A program made the translations under genes and the position numbers. Below, one piece after another: positions 19,441-29,388 of a DNA stretch of 64,000 nucleotides; positions within the stretch are counted from its first letter, which is position 1; every line of letters begins with the position of its first letter. Origin of the DNA: an uncultured Alistipes sp. (GTDB lineage: Bacteria; Bacteroidota; Bacteroidia; Bacteroidales; Rikenellaceae). The notes below the pieces were generated by a model. The model was not told the origin of the DNA. It worked only from the letters and a program-made list of their open reading frames with translations, and searched no databases. The DNA lies in the NCBI GenBank assembly GCA_900770635.1, contig CAAGLB010000078.1:59857-123856 (forward strand), read 5' to 3'.

Positions 19441-21101
19441 TGATGAGAAAGATATATACATTGATTGTCACTGCCCTCGTGTTGGGCAGCTGCCAAAACG
19501 ATCCCACAGAAACCTTCGTAGGCTTCGAGAGCAACCTTAGCGAGATTAAGGCCAAGGCTGTGGGCGGCGAGCACAAGATTACCATTCGCTCCGACAAGGA
19601 GTGGACAGCACAAACCGACGTGCCTTGGTTGATGATATCGCCAGCGAATGGTCGTGGCGAGGTAGAGTGTAAAATAAAAATCGACTCGACGCTCATCAAC
19701 GACGAGCGCTGCACTGTGCTACGCTTCATGTCCGAAGGTCGCATAATGCAAAGTGTGGACATTGCTCAGGAGGGCTTCGAGCATAGCATTATGCCCGAGA
19801 GCGACATGATATCTATCGAGGCATCGGCAACACGCTCGGAGCGCTACGTGGAGCTCGACATCGAGACCAACGTTGAGTTTAATGTTATGAGCGATGCTTC
19901 ATGGATCACCGTTGACGACTACACGCTCACGCTCGATCGTGGTGCACGTCCTCGCACAACACGCCTACACATCAACTGGATGATGAACTCCGATCCCGAG
20001 GTGCGTGAGGCAACACTTGAACTAACACCTGCAAATGGCGAAACGCTATCCACACCCGCAACAATCAAGATACGTCAGGCGGCAGGCCCACTCATCGAGG
20101 ATAACCGCCAGGGCGACTCGTTGGCTGTGGTGACCATCTACAACAAGATGGAGTGCTGGAGCGAGGGTGTGATATCTACCACAGCGCCTATGACAGAGTG
20201 GGAGTGTGTGCGTTTGTGGAAGTCTACAGACGAGAGTCTACCATGCCAGGAGGCCATTGGCCGTGTGCGTGATCTCGACCTCAGCTACTTCAACACCGAG
20301 GACGACATACCATCAGAGCTAAAGCACCTCAAATATCTTGAGACCCTGTCGCTATATGGCAATGTCAACACCATGCTCAAAAATATCAACCTATGCCCTG
20401 AGGTGGCTACGCTGAACTATCTTAAGGATTTGCGTGTTGCCGCCATGGGTCTTGTGTCGTTGCCATCGAACTTTACCGACCTTGGCGACACTCTTGAGAC
20501 GCTGGATATCAACTCTAACAACTTCACGGCGATACCTGAGTGCCTCAATGCCGAGAACTTCCCTAAGCTCACCTCGTTGGATCTCACGAGCAATCGTCGC
20601 ACGTCGATTACCGACCTACGTGGCATAGGCTACAACATGGGAGTATATGTCAACATGCGCAATGACGATGCCGTGCACCGCCTACTTACATGGGAGAATC
20701 TGGAGGAGCTATCCCTATCCTACAACTACATCGAGGGTTCACTTCCAAGCTTCAAAGATGGCGAATATGGAGTACGTGCCTACACCATGGAGGATATCAT
20801 AGAGCGTGGCGACACCCTCAACTGGGCCGTTGAGAATAAGTTGCCACGTGTGCTTCCAAACGTACACACATTGCGCATCAACCTCAACTTTATGACAGGC
20901 GAGCTTCCCGACTGGCTGCTCTACCACCCTAACCTCATGGAGTGGGGTGCCGAGGTGTTGGTATATCCTCAGCAGGAGAAGGGCTACGACAGCGAGGGCA
21001 ACCTTGTTGGCTTCGACAATGTGCCAACATCTGCGGAGTATTACTTCGAGGCATATCCACTCTACCGTTCACGCTATGAGTTTAACGACGAAATGGAGTA
21101 G
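19440..21101 (+). CDS. BACON-domain plus LRR surface lipoprotein
   Basis: Lipobox LGSC. BACON-like segments (KITIRSDKEWTAQTDVPWLMISP, NVMSDASWITVDD). LRR units (LDINSNNFTAIPE, LDLTSNRRTSITD, LSLSYNYIEGSLP). Start ATG overlaps the previous stop. Confidence 0.7.
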   Translation: MMRKIYTLIVTALVLGSCQNDPTETFVGFESNLSEIKAKAVGGEHKITIRSDKEWTAQTDVPWLMISPANGRGEVECKIKIDSTLINDERCTVLRFMSEGRIMQSVDIAQEGFEHSIMPESDMISIEASATRSERYVELDIETNVEFNVMSDASWITVDDYTLTLDRGARPRTTRLHINWMMNSDPEVREATLELTPANGETLSTPATIKIRQAAGPLIEDNRQGDSLAVVTIYNKMECWSEGVISTTAPMTEWECVRLWKSTDESLPCQEAIGRVRDLDLSYFNTEDDIPSELKHLKYLETLSLYGNVNTMLKNINLCPEVATLNYLKDLRVAAMGLVSLPSNFTDLGDTLETLDINSNNFTAIPECLNAENFPKLTSLDLTSNRRTSITDLRGIGYNMGVYVNMRNDDAVHRLLTWENLEELSLSYNYIEGSLPSFKDGEYGVRAYTMEDIIERGDTLNWAVENKLPRVLPNVHTLRINLNFMTGELPDWLLYHPNLMEWGAEVLVYPQQEKGYDSEGNLVGFDNVPTSAEYYFEAYPLYRSRYEFNDEME

Positions 21102-21107
21102 TCATCT

Positions 21108-23144
21108 ATGAGAAAGTATTTATATATAGCAATGGCACTCATCGTAAGTGCCTGTGTCAATGACGATACAACAATTATTGCTCCTGAGCACGACAATGAT
21201 AATGTAACAGTGATACTCCCCGAGGATGCTACTCGAGGCGAGGTTATCATCAAGTTTAAGGCAGAGATGGAGGCTATCCTCGATGCTACGATGACACGCT
21301 CGGGAGGTGTTGCCACACGCTCGGGAATACCCTCAACCGACGAGGTATTAGAGATTTTGGATGCCTACCATTTCGAGCGAGTATTCCCCGTTGACCATCG
21401 CCACGAGGAGCGCACTCGCCAAAATGGTTTGCACCTATGGTATATCGTGAAGTTCAACCCCGATGAGGATTTGGCATCAGCCGTTGAGCGCCTATCACAG
21501 CTCGGCGAGGTCGATAAACTACAATGCAACCGCCCTATTCGACCTACATACAACCCATCATCTGAGCCACACTTCGTAAGCTGCGCCGAGGCAGATGCAG
21601 CCACTACACGTTCCGTTGAGTGGACATTCAACGATCCAGAGATCTATCGCCAGTGGTGCTACATCAACGATGGCACAGCACCTTTTACGCAGGAGTGGGC
21701 AGGTGTTGTTGCTGGTGCTGATGCTGGCTGCGAGGAGGCATGGGAGCTTACTACGGGCGACGAGGAGATCATCGTGGCCGTTATGGACGAGGCTGTCATG
21801 TGGAGTCATCCCGACCTTGCCGACAACATCTGGATTAACGAGGGCGAGGAGTATAACGCTGGCGTAGATGCCGATGGCAATGGATACATTGACGATAAGT
21901 ATGGCTATAACTTCGTGCGCAACACCCCTATCACGTCGTGGACATCGAACGGAAGCACAGGTCACGGCACACACGTAGCGGGAACCATCGCAGCGGTTAA
22001 CGACAATGGCATTGGCGTGGCGGGCATAGCTGGTGGCGGCAAGGGACATAAGGGCGTTAAGATCATGACCTTGCAGCTCTTCGACGGCATGAACGCATGT
22101 ACCTTGGCTATGGAGGCACGTGCCATGAAGTATGCTGCCGACAACGGAGCTGTCATCTTGCAGTGCTCGTGGGGCTACAACTCAGCAAAGGCCAACCTCA
22201 TCATGGGCTACACCCCTGGCCCAGCCACCGAGGAGGAGTGGGCAGCATTGTATCCACTCGAGAAGGAGGCTCTCGACTACTTTATCCACAACGCTGGCTC
22301 GCCTAATGGCGTTATCGATGGCGGCCTTGCAATCTTTGCCTCGGGCAACGAGTATGCTGCGCAGTCGTCGTTCCCAGCGGCATATTCGAAGTGTATCTCA
22401 GTATCGGCCATTGCTGCCGACTACACCCCAGCATCCTACTCGAACTATGGCCCTGAGGTGTTATTGTGCGCCCCTGGTGGCGACCTCGAGTATTATGGCA
22501 CACCAGGCTATAGCGACGATGCCTACGACGAGAATGGCGTGCTCAAGGAGCAGGGCGGCATCTACTCAACATTGGTGCTAAATGGCGTTGCTGGTTATGG
22601 CTACTATGAGGGAACGTCTATGGCATGTCCTCACGTATCGGGCGTTGCGGCACTCGGCCTTGCGTACGCAAAGCAGCAGAAGCGCCACTTTAGATGGGAG
22701 GAATTCAAGGAGCTGATGTACACCACAGGACGTGACATCGAGGAGTATTTCGTTGGCGAGAAGCTCTACCACATGCGCCACACCTCAGCAGGCGCTACAC
22801 CTATCAAGATGAACCTAGCGGATTATCGTGGCAAGATGGGACACCTCGTAGATGCTGGCGCACTGCTTAAAGCCATCGATGGCGGCGGCCGTGACATGCG
22901 CCTACCAAACATCTATCTTGCACCCGACAAGAGCGTAACACTCGAGCTTACCTATTATAATATAGAGGGCGCAAAGAGCGTATCGGTAGCCAACAGCGAT
23001 GTTGCCGACGCCAAGTTGGTGGACAACACACTAACCATCACCGCTAAGGGCGAGGGACAAACAACGCTAAGCATCGATGCCGAGAAGATATACACCGCAA
23101 CAATCACTGTGCGCAGTGGCGCAAACGACAACGGATGGCTATAG
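21108..23144 (+). CDS. Subtilisin-like serine peptidase (S8) lipoprotein
   Basis: Catalytic triad motifs AVMDEAV (Asp), HGTHVAGTIAA (His), GTSMACPHVSGVAAL (Ser). Lipobox VSAC. C-terminal Ig-like domain. Confidence 0.85.
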   Translation: MRKYLYIAMALIVSACVNDDTTIIAPEHDNDNVTVILPEDATRGEVIIKFKAEMEAILDATMTRSGGVATRSGIPSTDEVLEILDAYHFERVFPVDHRHEERTRQNGLHLWYIVKFNPDEDLASAVERLSQLGEVDKLQCNRPIRPTYNPSSEPHFVSCAEADAATTRSVEWTFNDPEIYRQWCYINDGTAPFTQEWAGVVAGADAGCEEAWELTTGDEEIIVAVMDEAVMWSHPDLADNIWINEGEEYNAGVDADGNGYIDDKYGYNFVRNTPITSWTSNGSTGHGTHVAGTIAAVNDNGIGVAGIAGGGKGHKGVKIMTLQLFDGMNACTLAMEARAMKYAADNGAVILQCSWGYNSAKANLIMGYTPGPATEEEWAALYPLEKEALDYFIHNAGSPNGVIDGGLAIFASGNEYAAQSSFPAAYSKCISVSAIAADYTPASYSNYGPEVLLCAPGGDLEYYGTPGYSDDAYDENGVLKEQGGIYSTLVLNGVAGYGYYEGTSMACPHVSGVAALGLAYAKQQKRHFRWEEFKELMYTTGRDIEEYFVGEKLYHMRHTSAGATPIKMNLADYRGKMGHLVDAGALLKAIDGGGRDMRLPNIYLAPDKSVTLELTYYNIEGAKSVSVANSDVADAKLVDNTLTITAKGEGQTTLSIDAEKIYTATITVRSGANDNGWL

Positions 23145-23917
23145 TTCGTGGCATACTCATCTGGTTGATGGTGCTCACGTTGGGCCTCGGCTCGCTAAGT
23201 GCTCAGCTACCCTCTCGCTCCGAAATCGACAAGGCGGTAAACCCCTCGCTTTCGGTCATAGCCAAGCGGGCGGTGCGTGCCGAGCTTAGCACTATTGAGT
23301 TAGGCACTATTAAGCATGACGAGCAACCCGAGGTAAGTTTCAAGCTACGAAACACCTCGGCAACGATGGTGGCAATAACCCAGCTACGCTCGACATGCAG
23401 CTGCCTAAAGGTTGCGACAAAGCCTAAGACACTTAGGCCCAACGAGGAGCTCGACGTGGTTGCAGTGTTCAACCCCGCAGGGCGCAGCGGCAAGGTTAAG
23501 TTAGATATATTTATCTACACCTCGCTCGACGAAAATAGCCCTACAGAGCGGCTAACGATAACGGGCACTATGGCACAAAGCACCGAATTTTCGCACCTCC
23601 GCATCGTCATGGGCGAGCTAAGGCTGAGTCGCAAGAGCGTGACCTTGGACAACATCAAGATAGGGACTACACGTAGCGAACGCATTGCGGTGGCAAATGT
23701 GGGCGATAGAGCAGTAACCCTATCTACAAGCTCCACAACACCAGGGCTTAGCCTACGCCTCGAGCCAAAGAGGCTACAACCAGGCGAGGAGGGCAACATA
23801 ATCGTAAGCTACACCGCATCAAAGCCACTTAGCGAGGATATTCAGACGGTGCTGATATTGGAGGGTTGCTCGGGACGACCAAGTGACAGAATGATAAAAA
23901 TAACGATAAAGAGATAG
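23135..23917 (+). CDS. DUF1573-like secreted protein (two Ig-like domains)
   Basis: Signal peptide. The S-C-x-C motif (STCSCLKV) typical of DUF1573. 10-nt overlap with the S8 gene. Confidence 0.5.
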   Translation: MAIVRGILIWLMVLTLGLGSLSAQLPSRSEIDKAVNPSLSVIAKRAVRAELSTIELGTIKHDEQPEVSFKLRNTSATMVAITQLRSTCSCLKVATKPKTLRPNEELDVVAVFNPAGRSGKVKLDIFIYTSLDENSPTERLTITGTMAQSTEFSHLRIVMGELRLSRKSVTLDNIKIGTTRSERIAVANVGDRAVTLSTSSTTPGLSLRLEPKRLQPGEEGNIIVSYTASKPLSEDIQTVLILEGCSGRPSDRMIKITIKR

Positions 23918-23920
23918 ACA

Positions 23921-24367
23921 ATGAGAGATTTCAGACTACTACTTCTAATCACGTTGGGAGCATTCACATTTCTGAGCTGCCAACAACCCGAGCCTGAGCC
24001 ACAGCCCATGCCCGAGATCGACGTTACTTACAAGGCGATGGAGGGAATGTGGCGACTCGAGGAGTGGAATGGCGAGGAGCTCGCTGACGAGGCGTTCCTT
24101 TTCATCGAGTTCGACCAGAAGCAGCGCTTCACAATGTGGGACAACCTCGGCTCGATGTACACCGTGCAGCGCACAGGAAGCTACTCGATAGACAAAAACC
24201 CAGACAACGAGTTTATACTCACAGGCACCTACGACAATGGCGTGGGCGACTGGGCACATAGCTATAAGGTCGAGATGCAGCGTGATGGCGAAGATATGCT
24301 ATGGAGCACCGACACCGAGAGCATGCTCTTTAGCTTCTGGATTGGCGACATTCCCGAAATAAACTAA
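23921..24367 (+). CDS. Small lipoprotein (lipocalin-like beta-barrel candidate)
   Basis: 148 aa, lipobox FLSC. Confidence 0.5.
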   Translation: MRDFRLLLLITLGAFTFLSCQQPEPEPQPMPEIDVTYKAMEGMWRLEEWNGEELADEAFLFIEFDQKQRFTMWDNLGSMYTVQRTGSYSIDKNPDNEFILTGTYDNGVGDWAHSYKVEMQRDGEDMLWSTDTESMLFSFWIGDIPEIN

Positions 24368-24381
24368 AACACTACATAATT

Positions 24382-26811
24382 ATGAAAGGACTAAAACAAC
24401 TTACATTTGCGCTTGTTGCGCTGTGCATAGCCCTCGTGGGCATAGGCTGCAACAACGAGCCAGAGCCAACACCGGCCAACAAGCCTACAATCGGCATTCT
24501 CGAGCATGAGTTCGATGCTAAGACAATGACCGTTAAGGTGATGATTGCTCCATCGACAGATGCCACAGCGTGGTACTACAAGGTGGAGAACACCGATGCA
24601 GCTGCCGAATACACAAAGGTGGAGGGCGCAGCAGCCAAGGCGATAGAGTTCGAGGCTACCTACGGCATAGAGTACACCATCTCGGCATACGCTGAGAACA
24701 AGGCTGGCAAGAGCGATGTTGCAACCAAGAAGATTTGTCAGATGCCCGAGGGCGAGGTAGCAATCTCAATTGGCGACATCACGCTCAACGCCGAGACTAT
24801 GGAGGCTGTGGCCATGATCTACCCATCGACAAACATCACAAAGTGGTATTGGCGAGCATACGAGAAGGATAGCATCACGTGTGAGTGGATTGGCGGCGAG
24901 GGTAAGGCCGAGCAGCAGATAAAGTTTAAGTACGAGTGGGGCAAGACCTTCGTTGTGGAGGCCTACGCCGAGTGTGGCGCTATCAAAAGCGAGGAGGTAA
25001 CGAAGGAGTGTTACTTCGAGCCAGCAGTACCAACAATCAACGTGTCGAAGCCTGAGTTTGACGAGGCAACTATGACCGTATCGTTCGAGGTAACACCTTC
25101 GGAGGATACACACCACTGGTACTGGGGCATCAAGACCATGGCAGACTCACCTGCTGAGTATGAGTACCACGAGGGTGCTGAGGCAAAAACAGTGAGCTAC
25201 AAGGTTGAGTACGACCACAACTACACCTTCTTATTCCGTGCCGAGAACGCTATTCTCAAGGGCGAGGAGAAGGAGGTAGAGTTTGCAGTGATGTCGCCAG
25301 GCGTGGAGATAGCCATCGAGAACCTCACAGCATACTCGTTGGATGTCGTAATCACCAAGAAGAGCCACTGCGTGAGATATGTTGCTGGTGCTGTTCACAC
25401 CAATGCCTACGATCGTAACATCTTCATCGAGCAGGCGCAGTCATCGCTAAATCCCGATGAGGACTACCCATTTGCCGTGTTCAACTCAGCTACCGAGAGC
25501 CGCACATTCTCGGAGCAGGACTTGGTGCGCAACTCACTCATTTCGAGCAACGAGAATGCAGGTATTATGCTTGTTCCAGGCACATCGTACACCATCGCCG
25601 TATATTGCGAGAATGGCGACGGCATGAGCACCGTGACAACCAAGGAGTTTGTAGCTCCATCGGCAACACTCAACGGCAACGTGGAGGTAGCTGTCGAGGT
25701 TAGCAATATCACCGAGACATCGGCCGAGATAAATGTCGAGGCTGCGGAGGCATGCAAAGTAATCGTAGGCTACATGGATCCTGCTGTGACTAAGGCCGAT
25801 AGCGACAATCCATTCGACTTCGAGGGCAAGAGCGACGAGGAGATTCGCAGCTACCTCATCTCGATGACTCACGCCATACCTTCGGTTTACAACGAGCCTA
25901 TCTCTCGCACCATCACAAACCTTGCAATAGGTGGCACATACTACGCATACGCCATTGCAATCAAGGATGGCAAGGTGGGCAACGTGGCATTCAAGAAGTT
26001 TACAACCAAGACTCCATCGCTTACGGGCATAGCAAAGATCACCTCAGCAGAGATCGTCGAGCAGACAACACACGAGACCCTAACTGTGGTGCTCAGTGCT
26101 GATAGCAACGCTACGAAGGTGCGTCTATATGCCGCTCCTGAGACTGACCACGCCTCATATGCCGACAACTTGGAGTATATCATGGATGCCAACAACTATC
26201 AGAACTACCGTGAGGAGTATGCGGTAGTGGATGGCGTGGCAACAGCAGTTGTGGACATCTACCACCCAGCAAGCAGATACTATCTATATGCCGTAGCCGT
26301 TGACCACGACGGCAAAGCTGGCGAGATGGTGTGTGTGGCACAGATGGCTGGTCTTCAGACCGAGTACTACACCACTATCGATGTTATCGAGGAGGAGATA
26401 AATATCGACCTTACAGGTACAGGTACTGTGGATTTGGTTGTGACCATCACCGGCAAAGTTGATGACCGCATTAGCCTCACTGTAAACACCGACACCCGCT
26501 CGGCAAATGCTCAGAAGGTTTGGCTTATTCGCTTCAATGGCGTTGTTAGTCAGATCGAGGATGAGGTGAAGTATGCATTCTCGGAGTATGCCGACACCAA
26601 GAAGGTAAAGGGCTCGTATAAGGAGGGCAAGGTTGGCTATCCACTCAAATATGAGGATGGTGGCAGCGACTGGGATCCTAAGTACGAGGCATTGCAGGAG
26701 TACAGCACAACATACGGTGGCGACGTTCTTGTAGCCGTAGTCCTCGACACTGAAGGCAAGCTAAACATTCACAGCTACTACACCGCTGGTGGCGCAGTAA
26801 CGCTCTACTAA
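24382..26811 (+). CDS. Large surface lipoprotein made of tandem Ig/Fn3-like repeats
   Basis: 809 aa, lipobox GIGC. At least three about 100-aa repeats with a conserved W-Y-W/K core (ATAWYYKVEN / TKWYWRAYEK / HHWYWGIKTM). Confidence 0.65.
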   Translation: MKGLKQLTFALVALCIALVGIGCNNEPEPTPANKPTIGILEHEFDAKTMTVKVMIAPSTDATAWYYKVENTDAAAEYTKVEGAAAKAIEFEATYGIEYTISAYAENKAGKSDVATKKICQMPEGEVAISIGDITLNAETMEAVAMIYPSTNITKWYWRAYEKDSITCEWIGGEGKAEQQIKFKYEWGKTFVVEAYAECGAIKSEEVTKECYFEPAVPTINVSKPEFDEATMTVSFEVTPSEDTHHWYWGIKTMADSPAEYEYHEGAEAKTVSYKVEYDHNYTFLFRAENAILKGEEKEVEFAVMSPGVEIAIENLTAYSLDVVITKKSHCVRYVAGAVHTNAYDRNIFIEQAQSSLNPDEDYPFAVFNSATESRTFSEQDLVRNSLISSNENAGIMLVPGTSYTIAVYCENGDGMSTVTTKEFVAPSATLNGNVEVAVEVSNITETSAEINVEAAEACKVIVGYMDPAVTKADSDNPFDFEGKSDEEIRSYLISMTHAIPSVYNEPISRTITNLAIGGTYYAYAIAIKDGKVGNVAFKKFTTKTPSLTGIAKITSAEIVEQTTHETLTVVLSADSNATKVRLYAAPETDHASYADNLEYIMDANNYQNYREEYAVVDGVATAVVDIYHPASRYYLYAVAVDHDGKAGEMVCVAQMAGLQTEYYTTIDVIEEEINIDLTGTGTVDLVVTITGKVDDRISLTVNTDTRSANAQKVWLIRFNGVVSQIEDEVKYAFSEYADTKKVKGSYKEGKVGYPLKYEDGGSDWDPKYEALQEYSTTYGGDVLVAVVLDTEGKLNIHSYYTAGGAVTLY

Positions 26812-26827
26812 GCGCAGCCGTAAACTA

Positions 26828-26866
26828 AGCGTAGGACAATCGTGTGGTTGTCCTACGCTTTTTTAT
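26828..26866 (+). terminator. Rho-independent terminator of the lipoprotein operon
   Basis: 12-bp stem AGCGTAGGACAA/TTGTCCTACGCT followed by TTTTTTAT. Confidence 0.7.
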
Positions 26867-26966
26867 AGGAGGAGCGCAGAGTGCTACACTCGGCAAAAAT
26901 GCCACCGATGGGTAACGCACAAATTTAGCGTCAGAATGGTTGCAGATGTGGCCTTGACATGAAATA

Positions 26967-27097
26967 AATTTGTTGTTAGAAGGGGTTAGATTTGGCTTAT
27001 CGCAAAAGTGAGCACCCGAGGATAGTACACTTAGTACAGCCTCGGGTGCTCAACTTTTAGCGATGGGCCGAAGATGACCCCTTATCACAACAAATTA
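26967..27097 (+). mobile_element. MITE-like element, copy 1 (subfamily A core)
   Basis: TIR AATTTGTTGTTAGAAGG ... CCTTATCACAACAAATT, TA on both flanks. Internal hairpin GAGCACCCGAGG..CCTCGGGTGCTC then CAACTTTT. Terminal TTA equals the lpxA stop codon. Preceded by a related fragment at 26871-26966. Confidence 0.65.
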
Positions 27098-27880
27098 TCG
27101 TCGGGATTGATACTGCTTGATAACACCTCGCTTCGAGCCACGTATAAACTCAATGAGCTTGTTGCGCTCAGGAGTCTCGGGGATCTCGGCCTCGGCCTTG
27201 TCGCAGCCAGAGAGATAGCTGAGGTCGCTCTGGAACAAAACACGGCAAGTGTTGTGGATAGACTCGATCTGCTCGGGGGTGAAGCCTCGGCGTGAAAGAC
27301 CTACCTTGTTGATACCCGCATAGTGAGCCTCGCCATTTGTAACGATGATGAATGGAGGAACATCCTGTGTGAGGAGCGCACCACCCTGAATCATGGCATG
27401 GTCGCCAACATGAATCCACTGGTGGATGGCTGTATGGCCACCGATGACAACCCAGTCGCCAATCTCAACCTCGCCAGCAAGCGACACACGGTTGGCGATA
27501 ACGCAGTGGCTACCAACAACATCGTCGTGGGCAACATGGACATAGGCCATAAGCAAGTTGTGGTCGCCAACAACAGTAGTGCCACGTGAGGCTGTACCAC
27601 GTGAGATGGTCACACACTCACGAATATCGTTATAGTCGCCAATAACGGCAGTAGTCTGCTCGCCAGCAAACTTCAAATCCTGGGGCAAACATGCGATACA
27701 TGCTCCAGGGTGCACCTTATTGCCCTTGCCCAGACGTGCGCCATTATAGATGATGGCATGAGGGCCAATCCAGCAATCGTCGCCAATGACCACATCGCCC
27801 TCGACATAGGCAAATGGCTCTATTGTAACGTTCTTGCCGATCTTTGCATCGGGGTGAACGTATGCTAAGTTACTAATCAT
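27095..27880 (-). CDS. lpxA: Acyl-ACP:UDP-GlcNAc O-acyltransferase
   Basis: 261 aa left-handed beta-helix with hexapeptide repeats, N-terminus MISNLAYVHPDAKIGKNVTIEPFAYV. Confidence 0.85.
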   Translation of the reverse strand: MISNLAYVHPDAKIGKNVTIEPFAYVEGDVVIGDDCWIGPHAIIYNGARLGKGNKVHPGACIACLPQDLKFAGEQTTAVIGDYNDIRECVTISRGTASRGTTVVGDHNLLMAYVHVAHDDVVGSHCVIANRVSLAGEVEIGDWVVIGGHTAIHQWIHVGDHAMIQGGALLTQDVPPFIIVTNGEAHYAGINKVGLSRRGFTPEQIESIHNTCRVLFQSDLSYLSGCDKAEAEIPETPERNKLIEFIRGSKRGVIKQYQSRR

Positions 27881-27918
27881 ATATAAAAATTGTTTGTGTC
27901 CTAAGTGTTGTGATACTA

Positions 27919-29304
27919 CTATCTATTCTTCACGATTTGCGCTGTGAGCACCGCCTCGCAAACAAGCTGACCACCAACAAATGCCTTGCACTCTGCTGTG
28001 CAGATGCCACGACGGAAGTCGCCAATATGGCACTCGAGCTGCAAGGTGTCGCCAGGCACCACCTTACGTTTCCACTTTACGCCATCGGCTTTAAGGAAGT
28101 AGGTAGAGTAGCTTGCAGGATCCTCAACGCCATTGAGCACCAAGATGCCGCAGCACTGAGCCATAGCCTCGATGATAAGCACACCAGGCATCACAGGCTC
28201 CTCGGGGAAGTGGCCCACGAAGAAGGGCTCGTTCATTGATACCTGCTTGATACCGCCGATATCGTTCTTGTCGATGTGGAACACACGATCAACCAACAAG
28301 AATGGAGGACGGTGAGGCAGAAGCTTCTTAATCTGGTTGATGTCCAACAGTGGCTGCTCCTTAGCGCTATACTTAAACATTGGGCGGTCGCCGCTACGAC
28401 GAATCTGGCGGCTGAGGTCCTTCATAAACTCGGTGTTGGCAAAGTGACCAGGACGTGTAGCCCACACACGGCCCTTGATGCGCATGCCAAGAAGTGCAAA
28501 GTCGCCGAGAAGGTCGAGGAGCTTGTGGCGTGCAAACTCATTGTTGGCACGCAGCTGCTGGTTGTTCAGATAGCCACCTGTGATGTGGATATCCTCCTTG
28601 CCAAAGATTTTTTTGAGGTGCTCGAGCTGCTCGTCGGATACAGGATTCTCGACAACGACGATAGCATTATCGAGGTCGCCACCCTTGATGAGGTTCATCT
28701 TCATCAATGGCTCAAGCTCGTGCAAGAATACGAAGGTTCGACACATCGAAATCTTCTCGGCGTAGTTGTCCGTAGGGTTGTAAACGGCATACTGGTTGCC
28801 GACAACCTTTGAGTTGTAGTCTACGTGTACCGATACCGAGAACTCGTCATCGGGATAGAGGACGATGGCCACACCCTTCTCTGGGAGGGTATATACCTGC
28901 TTCTCGGTTACCTCGTAGTATTTACGCTCTGCCGACTGCTCAACGGTGCCCACCTCTAATATTCGCTGAGCATACTCACGTGCCGAGCCATCCATGATTG
29001 GGGTTTCGGGAGCGTTGATATCTACAACTGCGTTATCCACATCCAAAGTCCAGAGTGCAGACATTATATGTTCGATGGTGCTAACCTTAGCCTCACCCTT
29101 CTCTATTGTTGTGCCACGTGACGTGTCGGTTACATAATCACACAATGCGGGAACCTCGGGGCATCCCTCCAAATCTACACGACGAAAGACGATACCTGTA
29201 TTATCTTCTGCGGGATTAACCGTCATCTTAACCTGCAAACCTGTATGCAAGCCCTTACCCTCAAATGAAATTGGCTGGGCAAGTGTACGTTGTTTAATAG
29301 CCAT
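27919..29304 (-). CDS. lpxC: Bifunctional UDP-3-O-acyl-GlcNAc deacetylase / 3-hydroxyacyl-ACP dehydratase (LpxC-FabZ fusion)
   Basis: The N-terminal 300 aa resemble LpxC, followed by a FabZ hot-dog domain (GHFPEEPVMPGVLIIEAMAQ). Start trimmed to MAIKQRTLAQ (ATG 29302-29304). This fusion is typical of Bacteroidetes. Confidence 0.85.
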   Translation of the reverse strand: MAIKQRTLAQPISFEGKGLHTGLQVKMTVNPAEDNTGIVFRRVDLEGCPEVPALCDYVTDTSRGTTIEKGEAKVSTIEHIMSALWTLDVDNAVVDINAPETPIMDGSAREYAQRILEVGTVEQSAERKYYEVTEKQVYTLPEKGVAIVLYPDDEFSVSVHVDYNSKVVGNQYAVYNPTDNYAEKISMCRTFVFLHELEPLMKMNLIKGGDLDNAIVVVENPVSDEQLEHLKKIFGKEDIHITGGYLNNQQLRANNEFARHKLLDLLGDFALLGMRIKGRVWATRPGHFANTEFMKDLSRQIRRSGDRPMFKYSAKEQPLLDINQIKKLLPHRPPFLLVDRVFHIDKNDIGGIKQVSMNEPFFVGHFPEEPVMPGVLIIEAMAQCCGILVLNGVEDPASYSTYFLKADGVKWKRKVVPGDTLQLECHIGDFRRGICTAECKAFVGGQLVCEAVLTAQIVKNR

Positions 29305-29388
29305 ACTAATAATTTTTTGGTATATCGTTGCAAAGATATAAATTTTCTCAAAAAAAATTACTATTTTTGCTCGGAATATTATCATAAG

